Shown: positions 54,785 to 63,417 of the stretch, in pieces | Layout of the letters: every line of letters begins with the position of its first letter | How positions within the stretch are numbered: position 1 is the stretch's first letter | Assembly: GCA_040755495.1 (NCBI GenBank) | Contig: JBFMAT010000003.1 | Location: 59,492 to 123,491, forward strand | From: Chloroflexota bacterium | GTDB taxonomy: Bacteria > Chloroflexota > Limnocylindria > Limnocylindrales > CSP1-4 | Direction: 5' to 3' | Length of the DNA stretch: 64,000 bases | Made by a program: the position numbers and the translations under genes | The notes under the pieces: model-generated | The model's input: only the letters and a program-made list of their open reading frames with translations | Databases searched by the model: none | What the model was told of the DNA's origin: nothing

Positions 54785-55528
54785 TCAGCCGCGGCCGTCG
54801 AGCGGGATCCGCACCCCGGTGATCGCGGCGGCCGCGGGCGAGGCGAGGAAGGCCAGGGCCTCCGCGGCCTCCTCGGGCGTCGTCCAGGCCGCGTTCCGCG
54901 ACGCCGGGGCCGTCTCGCGTTCGTGCTTCGCGTCGATCGCGCGCACCACGAGCAGGTTCGCGGTCACGCCGCTCCCCGCGGTCTCGCGCGCGAGCGAGCG
55001 CAGGAGCACCTCCTCGGCGGCCTTGGCCATCGCGTAGGCGGCGCCCCGTGGGCCCGGGTTGGCGGCCAGCGGCGAGGACACGGCGAGCACCCGCCCGAAG
55101 CCACGGGCCACCATGCCCGGCACCACCGCCTGGAGGACGTGGAGCGTCGTCCACAGGTGCTGGTCCAGCATCCGGGCGACCTCGTCCGGGTCGAGGTCCG
55201 CGACCGCCGTGCCGCCGGTCCAGCCGCCGACGAGGTGGAGCAGCACGTCGACCCGCCCGAAGCGCGCCTCCACGGCTCCCGCCACGGCCCGCGCCGCCTC
55301 GCCGTCGCGGAGGTCGCCCGGCACCGGGAGCACGCGGTCCTCCGGCAGCCCGAGCTCGCGCACGACGGCCTCGAGGCGGCCAGGGTCGGTGCCGACCAGC
55401 GCGATCCGAGCCCCGTCGGCGGCGAACCGCGCCGCGGCCGCCCGCCCCACCGGCCCGGTGGCGCCCGTGATCAGCACGACCGGCGCCCGCATCGTCCCCG
55501 ATGTCGGCCGCGTCTTCGGCCCCGTCAT
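54785..55528 (-). CDS. Short-chain dehydrogenase/reductase (SDR)
   Basis: ORF 54785..55528. Cofactor motif VLITGATGPVG and catalytic YAMAKAA. An alternative start is the internal ATG at about 55492. Confidence 0.85.
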   Translation of the reverse strand: MTGPKTRPTSGTMRAPVVLITGATGPVGRAAAARFAADGARIALVGTDPGRLEAVVRELGLPEDRVLPVPGDLRDGEAARAVAGAVEARFGRVDVLLHLVGGWTGGTAVADLDPDEVARMLDQHLWTTLHVLQAVVPGMVARGFGRVLAVSSPLAANPGPRGAAYAMAKAAEEVLLRSLARETAGSGVTANLLVVRAIDAKHERETAPASRNAAWTTPEEAAEALAFLASPAAAAITGVRIPLDGRG

Positions 55529-55530
55529 CG

Positions 55531-56178
55531 TCAGCTCCTTCGCCGTTCGTCCGTGTCCGTCGTCCGACGGCCGTGGCGGGGATAGATGATCAGGATCCGC
55601 GCCTCGTCGGGCCCGATGTTCTCGGCGTCGTGGGGCACGGTCGGGTCCCAGGCCAGGTAGTCGCCGGGCCCGAGCTCCATCACCGAGTCGCCATGGGTCA
55701 TCCGCCAGCGGCCGGACAGGATGACGTGGTGCTCATCGCCCTGGTGCGCGTGGACCCCGGTCGCGTGGCCGGGCGGCACGACCGCCTCGATGATGCACAT
55801 GTCGCGCGACGTCCCCGCATCGACCTCGGTGATCCGCGCCCCGCCGGTCGCAGGGAGGCTCGGCCGGTCCTCCGCGAGGACCACCCGCGGTGGCAGTCCG
55901 GAGTCCAGGAGCAGCCATGCGGGTGGCACGTCCAGGGCAGCCGCGATCGCCGCCAGGGCGTCAAGCGACGGCACCGCCTTCTCGTTCTCGATCTGGCTCA
56001 GGTAGCCGACGTTGAGCCCGCTGCGATCGCTCACCTGGGCGAGCGTCAGCCCACGCGACTGGCGCCAGCGGCGCGTCTCACGGCCGACGTTGACCCGGCC
56101 GGCCGGCTCCCGCTGTTTCTCGTCAGACAACCTACTTGACTCCTGGCCTACACCGTGGCAGAGTATCGCTGTAGGCAA
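55531..56178 (-). CDS. XRE-family HTH + cupin-domain transcriptional regulator
   Basis: ORF 55531..56178. HTH: LTLAQVSDRSGLNVGYLSQIENEK. Cupin: GVHAHQGDEHHVILSG...GDYLAWDPTVPH. An alternative start is TTG at 56130, preceded by AGGAG. Confidence 0.8.
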   Translation of the reverse strand: MPTAILCHGVGQESSRLSDEKQREPAGRVNVGRETRRWRQSRGLTLAQVSDRSGLNVGYLSQIENEKAVPSLDALAAIAAALDVPPAWLLLDSGLPPRVVLAEDRPSLPATGGARITEVDAGTSRDMCIIEAVVPPGHATGVHAHQGDEHHVILSGRWRMTHGDSVMELGPGDYLAWDPTVPHDAENIGPDEARILIIYPRHGRRTTDTDERRRS

Positions 56179-56258
56179 TGTTGATTTGCCTGAAGCAAAA
56201 CGTCAAGGGCCCGGCGCCGGGATGCGCGGTGGCCCCCGGAGAGGTTGGAGACTACGCC

Positions 56259-56918
56259 ATGAACATCGCCGTCATCGGAACCGGGAACGTCGGCTCGGCG
56301 CTCGGGAGCTCATTCTCGAAGGCCGGCCACAAGGTCACGTTCGCCGCGCGCGACGCGGACAAGGCCCGCACCCTGGCCGCGGGCGCCGGGGCCCGGGCCG
56401 CCAGCGCCGTGGACGCCGTCGCCGGCGCGGACGTCGTCGTGCTCGCCGTCCCGTTCGCCGCCATCGAGGCCGTGGCCGCCGAGATCGTCCCGGTCGTCGC
56501 CGGCAAGGTCGTCGTGGACGCCACCAACCCGCTCAAGCCGGACTACTCCGGTCTCGCCACCGCGGGCGGCCCGTCCGCGGCCGAGCGGCTGGCCGGCCTG
56601 CTCCCCGGCGCGCGCGTCGTGAAGGCGTTCAACACCCTGTTCGCCACCAACCAGGCCGATCCGGCGGGCCAGGGCACGACGCTCGACGCCCTGTTCGCGA
56701 CGGACGACGACGCGGCCGCGGCCGCCGTGGGCGAGCTCGCGGGCTCGATCGGGTTCCGCCCGGTGCGCGTGGGTCCGCTGGCCGCCGCCCAGGAGCTCGA
56801 GGGCCTCGCCTGGCTCAACATCCGGCTCCAGATGCTCAACGGCGGCGCCTGGGCCACGGCCTACGTGCTCGTGGCCCCGCCCGAGGCCGCGGTCGTCCGC
56901 GCGCCGGTCGCCGCCTGA
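56259..56918 (+). CDS. NADP-dependent oxidoreductase of the F420_oxidored (NADPH-dependent F420 reductase-like) family
   Basis: 3' part of ORF 56178..56918, from MNIAVIGTGNVGSALG (GGAG 8 nt upstream). Also VVLAVPF and VVDATNPL. Confidence 0.7.
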   Translation: MNIAVIGTGNVGSALGSSFSKAGHKVTFAARDADKARTLAAGAGARAASAVDAVAGADVVVLAVPFAAIEAVAAEIVPVVAGKVVVDATNPLKPDYSGLATAGGPSAAERLAGLLPGARVVKAFNTLFATNQADPAGQGTTLDALFATDDDAAAAAVGELAGSIGFRPVRVGPLAAAQELEGLAWLNIRLQMLNGGAWATAYVLVAPPEAAVVRAPVAA

Positions 56919-57013
56919 CCCGCCCCCTCCCGCCGGGCGATGCCTCGTTGCGTCGCCCGGCACCGCAGGCTACCGTTCGGCCAACCTCCCGCGACCCCGG
57001 AGACCGCCCCCCG

Positions 57014-57868
57014 ATGACCACCCAGCGTCCCGGACCCGACATCGCGCCCACTGCGGCGCTGGACACCACGCCGCCTGAAACGTCGCCCGCCGCCGGCCCC
57101 CTCCCCGCCCTGTACCTGGGCCACGGCGCGCCGCCGCTGCTCGACGATCCGCTGTGGATGGGCCAGCTCGCGTCGTGGGCTCGAGACCTCCCGCGACCGT
57201 CATCGATCCTCATCGTCAGCGCCCACTGGCAGACCGCCCCGATGGCGATCGGGGCCACGACCACCGTCCCGCTGGTGTACGACTTCTACGGGTTCCCGGA
57301 GCGCTTCTACGAGCTCCAGTACCGCGCCCCCGGCGCGCCGGCGCTGGCCGCGTCCGTGAAGGCCCGGATGCCGGCCGGCGAGCCCGTCATCGAGCGTCCG
57401 GCCCGCGGCCTGGACCACGGCGCCTGGGTGCCGCTGATGGCGATGTACCCGGACGCCGACATCCCGGTCCTCCAGCTGTCGATGCCGGACCTCGACCCGG
57501 AGCACCTGTTCGAGGTCGGCAGGCGCCTGGCCCCGCTGCGCGACGAGGGGGTGCTGATCATCGGGTCGGGGTTCATGACCCACGGCCTGCCGTTCATCGC
57601 CGAGTACATGATGGGCCGGCCGGGCGCCCCGCAGTGGTCCGTCGAGTTCGACCGGTGGGCCGCGGAATCGCTCGCCCGGGGCGATCTCGACACGCTGTTC
57701 GCGTTCCGCGAGAAGGCCCCGGGCATGCCGTTCGCGCACCCCACCGTGGAGCACTTCGCGCCGCTGTTCGTGACCCTCGGGGCCGCGGTCCGGCCCGACG
57801 ACGCCCCGAAGACCGCGATCGAGGGGTATTTCTACGGCCTGTCCAAGCGCTCCCTCGAGGCGCGCTGA
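57014..57868 (+). CDS. Class III extradiol dioxygenase (LigB / YgiD 4,5-DOPA-dioxygenase-like)
   Basis: 3' part of ORF 56012..57868, from MTTQRPG. Motifs: LYLGHGAPP, VSAHW, YDFYGFP, LDHGAWVPL, GSGFMTHG. Confidence 0.8.
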   Translation: MTTQRPGPDIAPTAALDTTPPETSPAAGPLPALYLGHGAPPLLDDPLWMGQLASWARDLPRPSSILIVSAHWQTAPMAIGATTTVPLVYDFYGFPERFYELQYRAPGAPALAASVKARMPAGEPVIERPARGLDHGAWVPLMAMYPDADIPVLQLSMPDLDPEHLFEVGRRLAPLRDEGVLIIGSGFMTHGLPFIAEYMMGRPGAPQWSVEFDRWAAESLARGDLDTLFAFREKAPGMPFAHPTVEHFAPLFVTLGAAVRPDDAPKTAIEGYFYGLSKRSLEAR

Positions 57869-57891
57869 CCCAGCGTGCTCGAGGCGAGCCC

Positions 57892-57966
57892 TGGCGAGCC
57901 CGCTGGGATTCGAACCCAGGACCCGAGGATTAAAAGTCCCCTGCTCTGCCACTGAGCTACGGGCTC
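57892..57966 (-). tRNA. tRNA-Lys (anticodon TTT)
   Basis: Minus-strand read: GAGCCCGTAGCTCAGTGGCAGAGCAGGGGACTTTTAATCCTCGGGTCCTGGGTTCGAATCCCAGCGGGCTCGCCA. All four stems pair, and the anticodon loop is CTTTTAA. Confidence 0.9.
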
Positions 57967-58016
57967 GGGTGGGACCGTAGCACGTCCGCATGACGCGACG
58001 ACCGGCGCGCCGGCGT

Positions 58017-58517
58017 TCAGCCCAGCTGGGCGACCGCCGTCAGCAGCAGGGCGATCGCCCCCATGGCCGTCGCCCCGTCCGCGACCAGCACGAGGACGTC
58101 GAGGACCTGCCCGCGGCCCTCGTCCGTCGCCTCGCCGACCGAGCGTGCGAGGCGGTCCACCACGACCGCCAGGGCGAGCATCACGACGATGACCAGGTGC
58201 TTGACCAGCATCAGGGTGGACCACGACGACGAGAAGTCGCCGATGCCCGTGTAGCGGTCGTCGACCACGAGCAGGTAGGCGCCGGTGACGATGAACGCGA
58301 CGGCGGCCGCGAGGACGAAGGGCAGCGCCCGCCGCTCCACGGCCGGGACGGCGACTGCGAGGCCCGGGCCGTCGAGGCTCCGGCGCAGCGCCGGCAGCAC
58401 GATCCGGGCCACGATCCCGTAGTAGCCGAGCACGATCACCATCGCCAGGGTGTGAACCCACAGGGCGCCCACGTGGACCGCGTCCATCTGCATCCTCGTC
58501 CGCGGCGGGGCCGTCAC
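58017..58517 (-). CDS. Membrane protein, 4 TM segments (CopD/DUF2269-like?), function unknown
   Basis: ORF 58017..58517. The start may be the internal MQMDAV. Confidence 0.5.
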   Translation of the reverse strand: MTAPPRTRMQMDAVHVGALWVHTLAMVIVLGYYGIVARIVLPALRRSLDGPGLAVAVPAVERRALPFVLAAAVAFIVTGAYLLVVDDRYTGIGDFSSSWSTLMLVKHLVIVVMLALAVVVDRLARSVGEATDEGRGQVLDVLVLVADGATAMGAIALLLTAVAQLG

Positions 58518-58618
58518 GCGACGACCCGGTCACCGCCGGGCGCGAGGATGCTTGACCCCGCTGCCTCGCGGAACGGCCCGATGGCCCGATCGCGGGGGCC
58601 GCCCCTCCCTCGCGAGCC

Positions 58619-59668
58619 TCAGGGCAGCAGCGAGTCGTCCACCAGCTGGTCCACCGTGACCGGGTTGGGCACCAGGCCCAGCGAGGTCATGAACTCCAGC
58701 GACTGCTGCCAGCCGTCGCGGTCGATCGACCCGAACGGGGCCTTGGTCCGGTTGTTGGTCCAGGTCGCGATCGTGGCGTCGAGGATCTCGCGCTGGAGCG
58801 CCGGGTCCGCGGCCAGGTCCGGCACGGCGGCGAACGTCGCGTCCAGGCCCTTCTGGGGATCCGCGGCGATCTCGTCCATCGCCCGCAGCGTGGCGGCGGT
58901 GAACGCGGCCAGGGCGTCGCGCTTCGAGTCCAGCGTTGCCCGCCCGGTCACGAGGCCGGGTCCCGGCAGCGGCGTGACGTCGTCGATGCCCAGCACGACG
59001 GGCTCGATGCCGGCCCGGCGGAGCACGATCGGCTCGTTGTTCGCGAAGCCCGTGGCCGCGTCCACCGCGCCCTGCTGGAGGGCCGCCGTCTGGCCGAAGT
59101 CCGGGTACAGGACGAGCTCCACGTCGGCCTCGGTCAGACTCGCCGAGGCAAGCAGCGCCTGGAGTTGGATCCACGAGGTCCCGAACTTGCCCGGCAGGCC
59201 GATCTTCTTGCCGCGCAGGTCGGCGGCGGTCGTGATCCCCGAGTCGGCCCGGGCCACGACGATCGCCGGGAACGTGCCGTAGATCGTGGACGTGTAGACC
59301 ACCGGGATGCCCTGGCTGACCGCCGGGATGACCGAGGTGCCGTCGCCGCTGCCGATGTCGATCGAGCCCTGCCCGAGCAGCGTGATCAGGTCCGGGTCGA
59401 TCTTGTTCTGGAGCGTGACCTCGAGGCCGGCGTCGCGGTAGTAGCCCGCCTGGTCGGCGAGGTAGAACTGCGCGAACTGGACGCTCGGGATGTAGCCCAG
59501 GCCGACGACGAGCGTGGTCGTGGGCGACGGCGAGGGCGGCGTGGAGCCCCCGCAGGCGGCGACGAGGATGGCGAGGGCCGCGACGACGGCTCCGATGGGC
59601 CGGGCGGCGAGGCGGGGACGGGCGGGTCGCACGGGTCTTCGAACCTCCTGGGTGGTCTGGTGGCTCAT
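58619..59668 (-). CDS. NMT1/THI5-like ABC substrate-binding lipoprotein (RibY-like; riboflavin predicted from the riboswitch)
   Basis: ORF 58619..59668. Lipobox LVAACGG. The pattern LVVGLGYIPSVQFAQFYLADQAGYY is typical of the ThiY/NMT1 family. This is the last gene of the FMN-riboswitch-controlled operon. Confidence 0.8.
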   Translation of the reverse strand: MSHQTTQEVRRPVRPARPRLAARPIGAVVAALAILVAACGGSTPPSPSPTTTLVVGLGYIPSVQFAQFYLADQAGYYRDAGLEVTLQNKIDPDLITLLGQGSIDIGSGDGTSVIPAVSQGIPVVYTSTIYGTFPAIVVARADSGITTAADLRGKKIGLPGKFGTSWIQLQALLASASLTEADVELVLYPDFGQTAALQQGAVDAATGFANNEPIVLRRAGIEPVVLGIDDVTPLPGPGLVTGRATLDSKRDALAAFTAATLRAMDEIAADPQKGLDATFAAVPDLAADPALQREILDATIATWTNNRTKAPFGSIDRDGWQQSLEFMTSLGLVPNPVTVDQLVDDSLLP

Positions 59669-60450
59669 CGGTCACCGACCAGCCGGCGCTCGACGAGCAG
59701 CATCGCGAGATACAGCGCCACGCCGGTCAACGCGAGCGTGAGCAGGGTGGCGAACATGAGCGGGATGTCGAACAGGGAGCCGCGGGCGACGTTGATCAGC
59801 ACGCCGAGGCCGGTCTCGCCGCCCGCCCACTCGGCCACGATGGCGCCGATCACCGCGAGCGTGACGCCGACCCGCATCCCGCCGAGGATCGCCGGCAGCG
59901 CGGCCGGGACCTCGACCCGGGTGACGACCTGCCAGCCGGTGGCCCGGAAGCTGCGGGCCATCTCGAGCAGGCGCGGGTCCACGGACCGGATGCCGACCAT
60001 CGTCGCGACGGCGACCGGGAAGAACACGATCAGGGTCGTGATCACCAGCTTCGACACCAGCCCCGTGCCGAACCACAGGGCGATCAGCGGGGCCAGCGCG
60101 AGGATCGGCGTCGCCTGGGCGGCGACGAGGTACGGGCTGAGGAGTCGCTCGGCCAGGCGTGATCGGGCGAGCAGGACCCCGGTCACCAGCGCCAGCCCGG
60201 CGCCGATCCCGAAACCCAGCAGGACCTCGACCAGCGTGGTCTGCATGTGGGGCCACATCGTGCCGTCGGTCCAGGCCCGCAGGAACCGCTCCCCGACGGT
60301 CAGCGGCCCGGGCAGGATGAACGGCGGGTAGCCGCCGAGGAACACGATCAGCTGCCAGGCGACGAGGAACACGACGAGGCTGGCCGCCGCCGGGCCGGCG
60401 AGCCGCGCGAGGCGGCGGGTCCGGCGGATCGTGGGCGTCCTCGCGGTCAT
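59665..60450 (-). CDS. ABC transporter permease (NitT/TauT family; RibX-like)
   Basis: ORF 59665..60450, with ATGA overlaps on both sides and six TM segments. Confidence 0.85.
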   Translation of the reverse strand: MTARTPTIRRTRRLARLAGPAAASLVVFLVAWQLIVFLGGYPPFILPGPLTVGERFLRAWTDGTMWPHMQTTLVEVLLGFGIGAGLALVTGVLLARSRLAERLLSPYLVAAQATPILALAPLIALWFGTGLVSKLVITTLIVFFPVAVATMVGIRSVDPRLLEMARSFRATGWQVVTRVEVPAALPAILGGMRVGVTLAVIGAIVAEWAGGETGLGVLINVARGSLFDIPLMFATLLTLALTGVALYLAMLLVERRLVGDR

Positions 60451-61442
60451 GCCCCGTCCTCCGGCCGGTACGGGTCGAACCAGGCCGGCGTCCCCGGCTC
60501 CGTGTCGGCATGGCGGCGGAGGGCGTCGGGCGGGGTGCCGGCCGGGATCGCGACCCGGGCCTCGGCCATCGCGATCGCATCATCCGTGGTGTCGACGAGG
60601 TAGCGCCGGACGTCCGCCGCGACGGAGGTGACGAACGCGGAGTCGAGGTCCGCCACCCGTCGCGGCCGCGGCAGGTCCACGGGGACCTCCGCCACCACGC
60701 GACCCGGTCGCGGCGACAGCACCACGACGCGGTCGGCGAGGAACACCGCCTCCGGGATGCTGTGGGTGACGAGCACGATCGTGGTGCCGGTCCGCTCCCA
60801 CAGCCGCAGCAGCTCCGCGTTGAACCGCTCGCGGGTGAGGGCGTCGAGGGCGCTGAACGGCTCGTCGAGCAGCAGGACGCCGGGCTCCAGGGCGAGGGCG
60901 CGCGCGATCGAGACGCGCTGGCGGGTGCCGCCGGACAGCGTGGACGGCTTCGCCTTCGCGAACTCGCGCAGGCCCACGAGGCCGAGCAGGTCCTCGGCGC
61001 GGGCGGCCTGGCGGGACTCCGGCCAGCCGGCGAGCTCCATGGGGAAGCGGACGTTGTCCTCCGCCGTGCGCCAGGCGAGGAGCCGCGGCTCCTGGAACAC
61101 GAGGCCGATCCGCGGGTCCGGCCCGGTCACGGGATCGCCGTCGAGCGCCACGCCGCCGCCGTCGGGCGCGATCAGGCCGCCGATGACGCGCAGGAGCGTG
61201 CTCTTGCCGCAGCCGTTGGGGCCGATCAGGGCGACCACCTCGCGCGGCCGGATGTCGAGATCGATCGCGTCCAGCGCATGGACGGTGCGCGCGCCGCGGA
61301 ACGTCAGCGAGACGCCCTCGATCCGGATGCCGGCGCCCGGCCGGGGGGCACGGGCGGCCGCCGGCGCTGACGCGTGCGAGGGCGCAGGCGCGGACGGGTT
61401 CGACGGGGTCGCCGCCGGTTCCCTCGCTGTCGCCATCTGCAC
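60447..61442 (-). CDS. ABC transporter ATP-binding protein (NitT/TauT family)
   Basis: ORF 60447..61442. Motifs: GPNGCGKSTL, LSGGTRQRVSIARAL, LLLDEPFSALD. The N-terminal ~45 aa is Ala/Pro-rich, so the true start may be internal. Confidence 0.85.
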   Translation of the reverse strand: MQMATAREPAATPSNPSAPAPSHASAPAAARAPRPGAGIRIEGVSLTFRGARTVHALDAIDLDIRPREVVALIGPNGCGKSTLLRVIGGLIAPDGGGVALDGDPVTGPDPRIGLVFQEPRLLAWRTAEDNVRFPMELAGWPESRQAARAEDLLGLVGLREFAKAKPSTLSGGTRQRVSIARALALEPGVLLLDEPFSALDALTRERFNAELLRLWERTGTTIVLVTHSIPEAVFLADRVVVLSPRPGRVVAEVPVDLPRPRRVADLDSAFVTSVAADVRRYLVDTTDDAIAMAEARVAIPAGTPPDALRRHADTEPGTPAWFDPYRPEDGA

Positions 61443-61690
61443 CTCCGTACGCGCTCACGGCGCAACGGGGCAGGAGGCGCGCGGCGACGATCCCTGGGCG
61501 GAATCGAACCGGCCCGTGGCCTTCTTCCATCCGGACTGTACCGTCGGCTCCGCTCGACGAGGACCTGCCTCGCCCCGGATCTGCTGCACTCCCCGGGCTC
61601 ACGTCCGGAGAGCCGCTCGTGGGCTCGCCCCGCGTTCGCGGGACCCTACCACCGGTCGGGAATCGCACCCTGCCCCGAAGGCTCTGCCGG
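61443..61690 (-). promoter_or_regulatory. FMN riboswitch (RFN element) with an SD-sequestering expression platform
   Basis: Minus-strand read: GCCTTCGGGGCAGGGTGCGATTCCCGACCGGTGGTAGGGTCCCGCGAACGCGGGGCGAGCCCACGAGC...GAGCGGAGCCGACGGTACAGTCCGGATGGAAGAAGGC. This matches the RFN cores GGGCAGGGUG-A-AUUCCCGACCGGCGGUA, AGCCC and GAGCCGACAGU-A-AGUCYGGAUGG-AGAAGG, with P1 GCCTTC/GAAGGC. The aptamer spans about 61519-61682. Downstream, GCGCCTCC can pair with the SD GGAGGTGC. Coordinates are +/-2 nt. Confidence 0.85.
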
Positions 61691-61787
61691 GGATGCTACC
61701 ACCGCGCGAGGCGAGCGCTTGCGCCGCCCGGCGAGTGCGCGCAGCATGCGGGTGGTGACGGCCATCGACGGGAGGTGCACGCGACCG

Positions 61788-62060
61788 ATGTGGAACCGGT
61801 GGACGAGTGGCCTCCTCGCCTGGACGCTCGTGCTGCTGGTCGTCGGCGTCGTGCTCGCAGGCTGGGCGACGGCGAGTCTCACCGACGCCCAGCAGGCGTG
61901 CTTCTACGGGCCCGCGTCCGTCCCCTGCCCCGACGGCTGGGACTGGCGGCTGAGCCTGCTGACGTTCGCCTTCCTCGGCGTCCCGCTCATCTGGCTCACC
62001 GGCCTCGCCGTCGCCGGCGTCGGCTGGGCGCTGCGGCGACGGCGTCGAAGGCGGGCTTGA
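61788..62060 (+). CDS. 90-aa 2-TM membrane protein with a poly-Arg tail
   Basis: 3' part of ORF 61374..62060, from MWNRWTSGLLAWTLVLLVVGVVL. GGGAGGTG lies about 10 nt upstream. Its 3' end overlaps the convergent kinase gene by 65 nt. Confidence 0.45.
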   Translation: MWNRWTSGLLAWTLVLLVVGVVLAGWATASLTDAQQACFYGPASVPCPDGWDWRLSLLTFAFLGVPLIWLTGLAVAGVGWALRRRRRRRA

Positions 62061-63417
62061 GCGCCGGGTAGAGGTCGCGGTAGACGGCGAACCGCTCGTC
62101 GTAGCGGGCGTGGGCGGCGGGGTCCGGGTCCAGGCGCCGGGCGGTGGACGTCATCGCCGCCACGCCGGCCTCGAGGTCCGGCACCGCCCCGGCCCCCGAC
62201 GCCGCGAGGATCGCCGCCCCCAGCACGGCCGTCTCGCCGATCGTCGGGATCGCCGCCGGGACGCCCAGCACGTCGGCCTTGATCCGGGCCCACAGGTCGC
62301 CCGGGGTGGGCCGGCCGGCGGGGCGCAGCTCGCCGAGCGGGATGCCGGCGGCGAGGATCGGCTCCGCGACGTGGCGCACCGCGAACGCCCCGCCCTCGAG
62401 CACGGCGCGGGCCAGGTGCGCGGGCCCGTGCGCCAGGGTGAGCCCCACGAACGCGCCGCGCGCCGCCTCGTCGAACACGGGAGCCCGCTCGCCGGCGAGG
62501 TAGGGCAGGAACACCAGGCCGTCGGCGCCCGGCGCCACCGGGGCCGCCGCGGCGAACAGCTCGTCCACCGTCCACCGGTCGCGGAGGACCGCCGTGCGCA
62601 GCCAGTCCACGGACGCCCCGATGGCCGCCATCGCCCCGCCCAGGATCCAGCGCCCCGGCAGCGGCGCCGGGGCGGAGTACACCCCAGACAGGTCGAGCGG
62701 CCGGTCCGAGCAGATCGCCAGGCCGCCGGACGTGCCGCCGGTGTCCACCGCGTCGCCGGCCACCCGCAGGCCGGCCCCCAGGACGCTCGCCATCCCGTCG
62801 TTGACGCCGGCCACGACCGGGGTCCCGGCCCGGAGCCCCATCGCCGCCGCCGCGGTCGCCCGGAGCGGGCCGAGCACCGATCCCACGGGCACCGGCGCCG
62901 GCACCCGCTCCGGGGGCACCCCCGCGCCCCGCAGCGCCGCCTCGTCCAACGCCGTCTCGTGGCCCTGCAGGGCGGTGGCCGCCCGCCCGGACAGCCACAG
63001 GCCCAGCGCGTCCCACGCCGTCGTCAGCCACGCCGCACGCGCGACGGACGCCGGCTCCTCGCGCGCCAGCCAGGCCAGCTTCGGCAGCAGCCCGAACCCG
63101 CCGTTGCCCGCCCGGCGGTCCTGCCAGGTGATGGCGTGCCGGACCGGCATCGCGTCGGCGTCGAGCACGGCCAGCGTCGGTCCCTGCCCCACCCCGCACA
63201 CGGCCCCGACCTCGGACCCGGCGGCGTCGATCGAGCGCACCGCCGCCGCCACGGCCGCCCACCAGTCGGCCGGCGACTGCTCCGCGCGCCCATCGGGCCC
63301 GGTGTGCAGCGGGTACGAGGCCCGGCCCAGGCCCACCAGCCGCCCGCCGGGCGTGACCAGCGCCGCCTTCGCCTCCGTGGTCCCGAGATCGATCCCGAGG
63401 ACGGCCGCCTCAGCCAC
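61996..63417 (-). CDS. FGGY-family carbohydrate kinase (xylulokinase-like)
   Basis: 3' part of ORF 61996..63903, from GTG 63417 (VAEAAVLGIDLGTTEAKAALV). Motifs: DTGGTSGG, LPYLAGERAP, GAAILAA. Confidence 0.8.
   Translation of the reverse strand: MAEAAVLGIDLGTTEAKAALVTPGGRLVGLGRASYPLHTGPDGRAEQSPADWWAAVAAAVRSIDAAGSEVGAVCGVGQGPTLAVLDADAMPVRHAITWQDRRAGNGGFGLLPKLAWLAREEPASVARAAWLTTAWDALGLWLSGRAATALQGHETALDEAALRGAGVPPERVPAPVPVGSVLGPLRATAAAAMGLRAGTPVVAGVNDGMASVLGAGLRVAGDAVDTGGTSGGLAICSDRPLDLSGVYSAPAPLPGRWILGGAMAAIGASVDWLRTAVLRDRWTVDELFAAAAPVAPGADGLVFLPYLAGERAPVFDEAARGAFVGLTLAHGPAHLARAVLEGGAFAVRHVAEPILAAGIPLGELRPAGRPTPGDLWARIKADVLGVPAAIPTIGETAVLGAAILAASGAGAVPDLEAGVAAMTSTARRLDPDPAAHARYDERFAVYRDLYPALKPAFDAVAAAPSRRRRRRGR

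Noticed and set aside
50751-57966. A genomic island bounded by tRNA-fMet and tRNA-Lys
   Set aside because: There is no integrase, no direct repeat of a tRNA 3' end, and no obvious compositional break. The genes are ordinary metabolic, transport and regulatory functions.
61495-61515. GGTTCGATTCC, a near-perfect tRNA/tmRNA T-loop on the minus strand. It first suggested a tRNA-like or tmRNA gene in the ~350-nt gap.
   Set aside because: There is no acceptor stem, D-arm or anticodon arm around it, and the T-stem has a mismatch. The whole gap is explained by the FMN riboswitch aptamer plus its expression platform.
61600-61720. Two GGTGGTAG motifs that suggested a cobalamin riboswitch, and the THI5-like cargo that suggested a TPP riboswitch
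   Set aside because: There is no B12 box and no CUGAGA/ACCUGAUCUGGAUAAUGCCAGCG TPP core. The sequence instead matches the RFN (FMN) conserved cores almost base for base.
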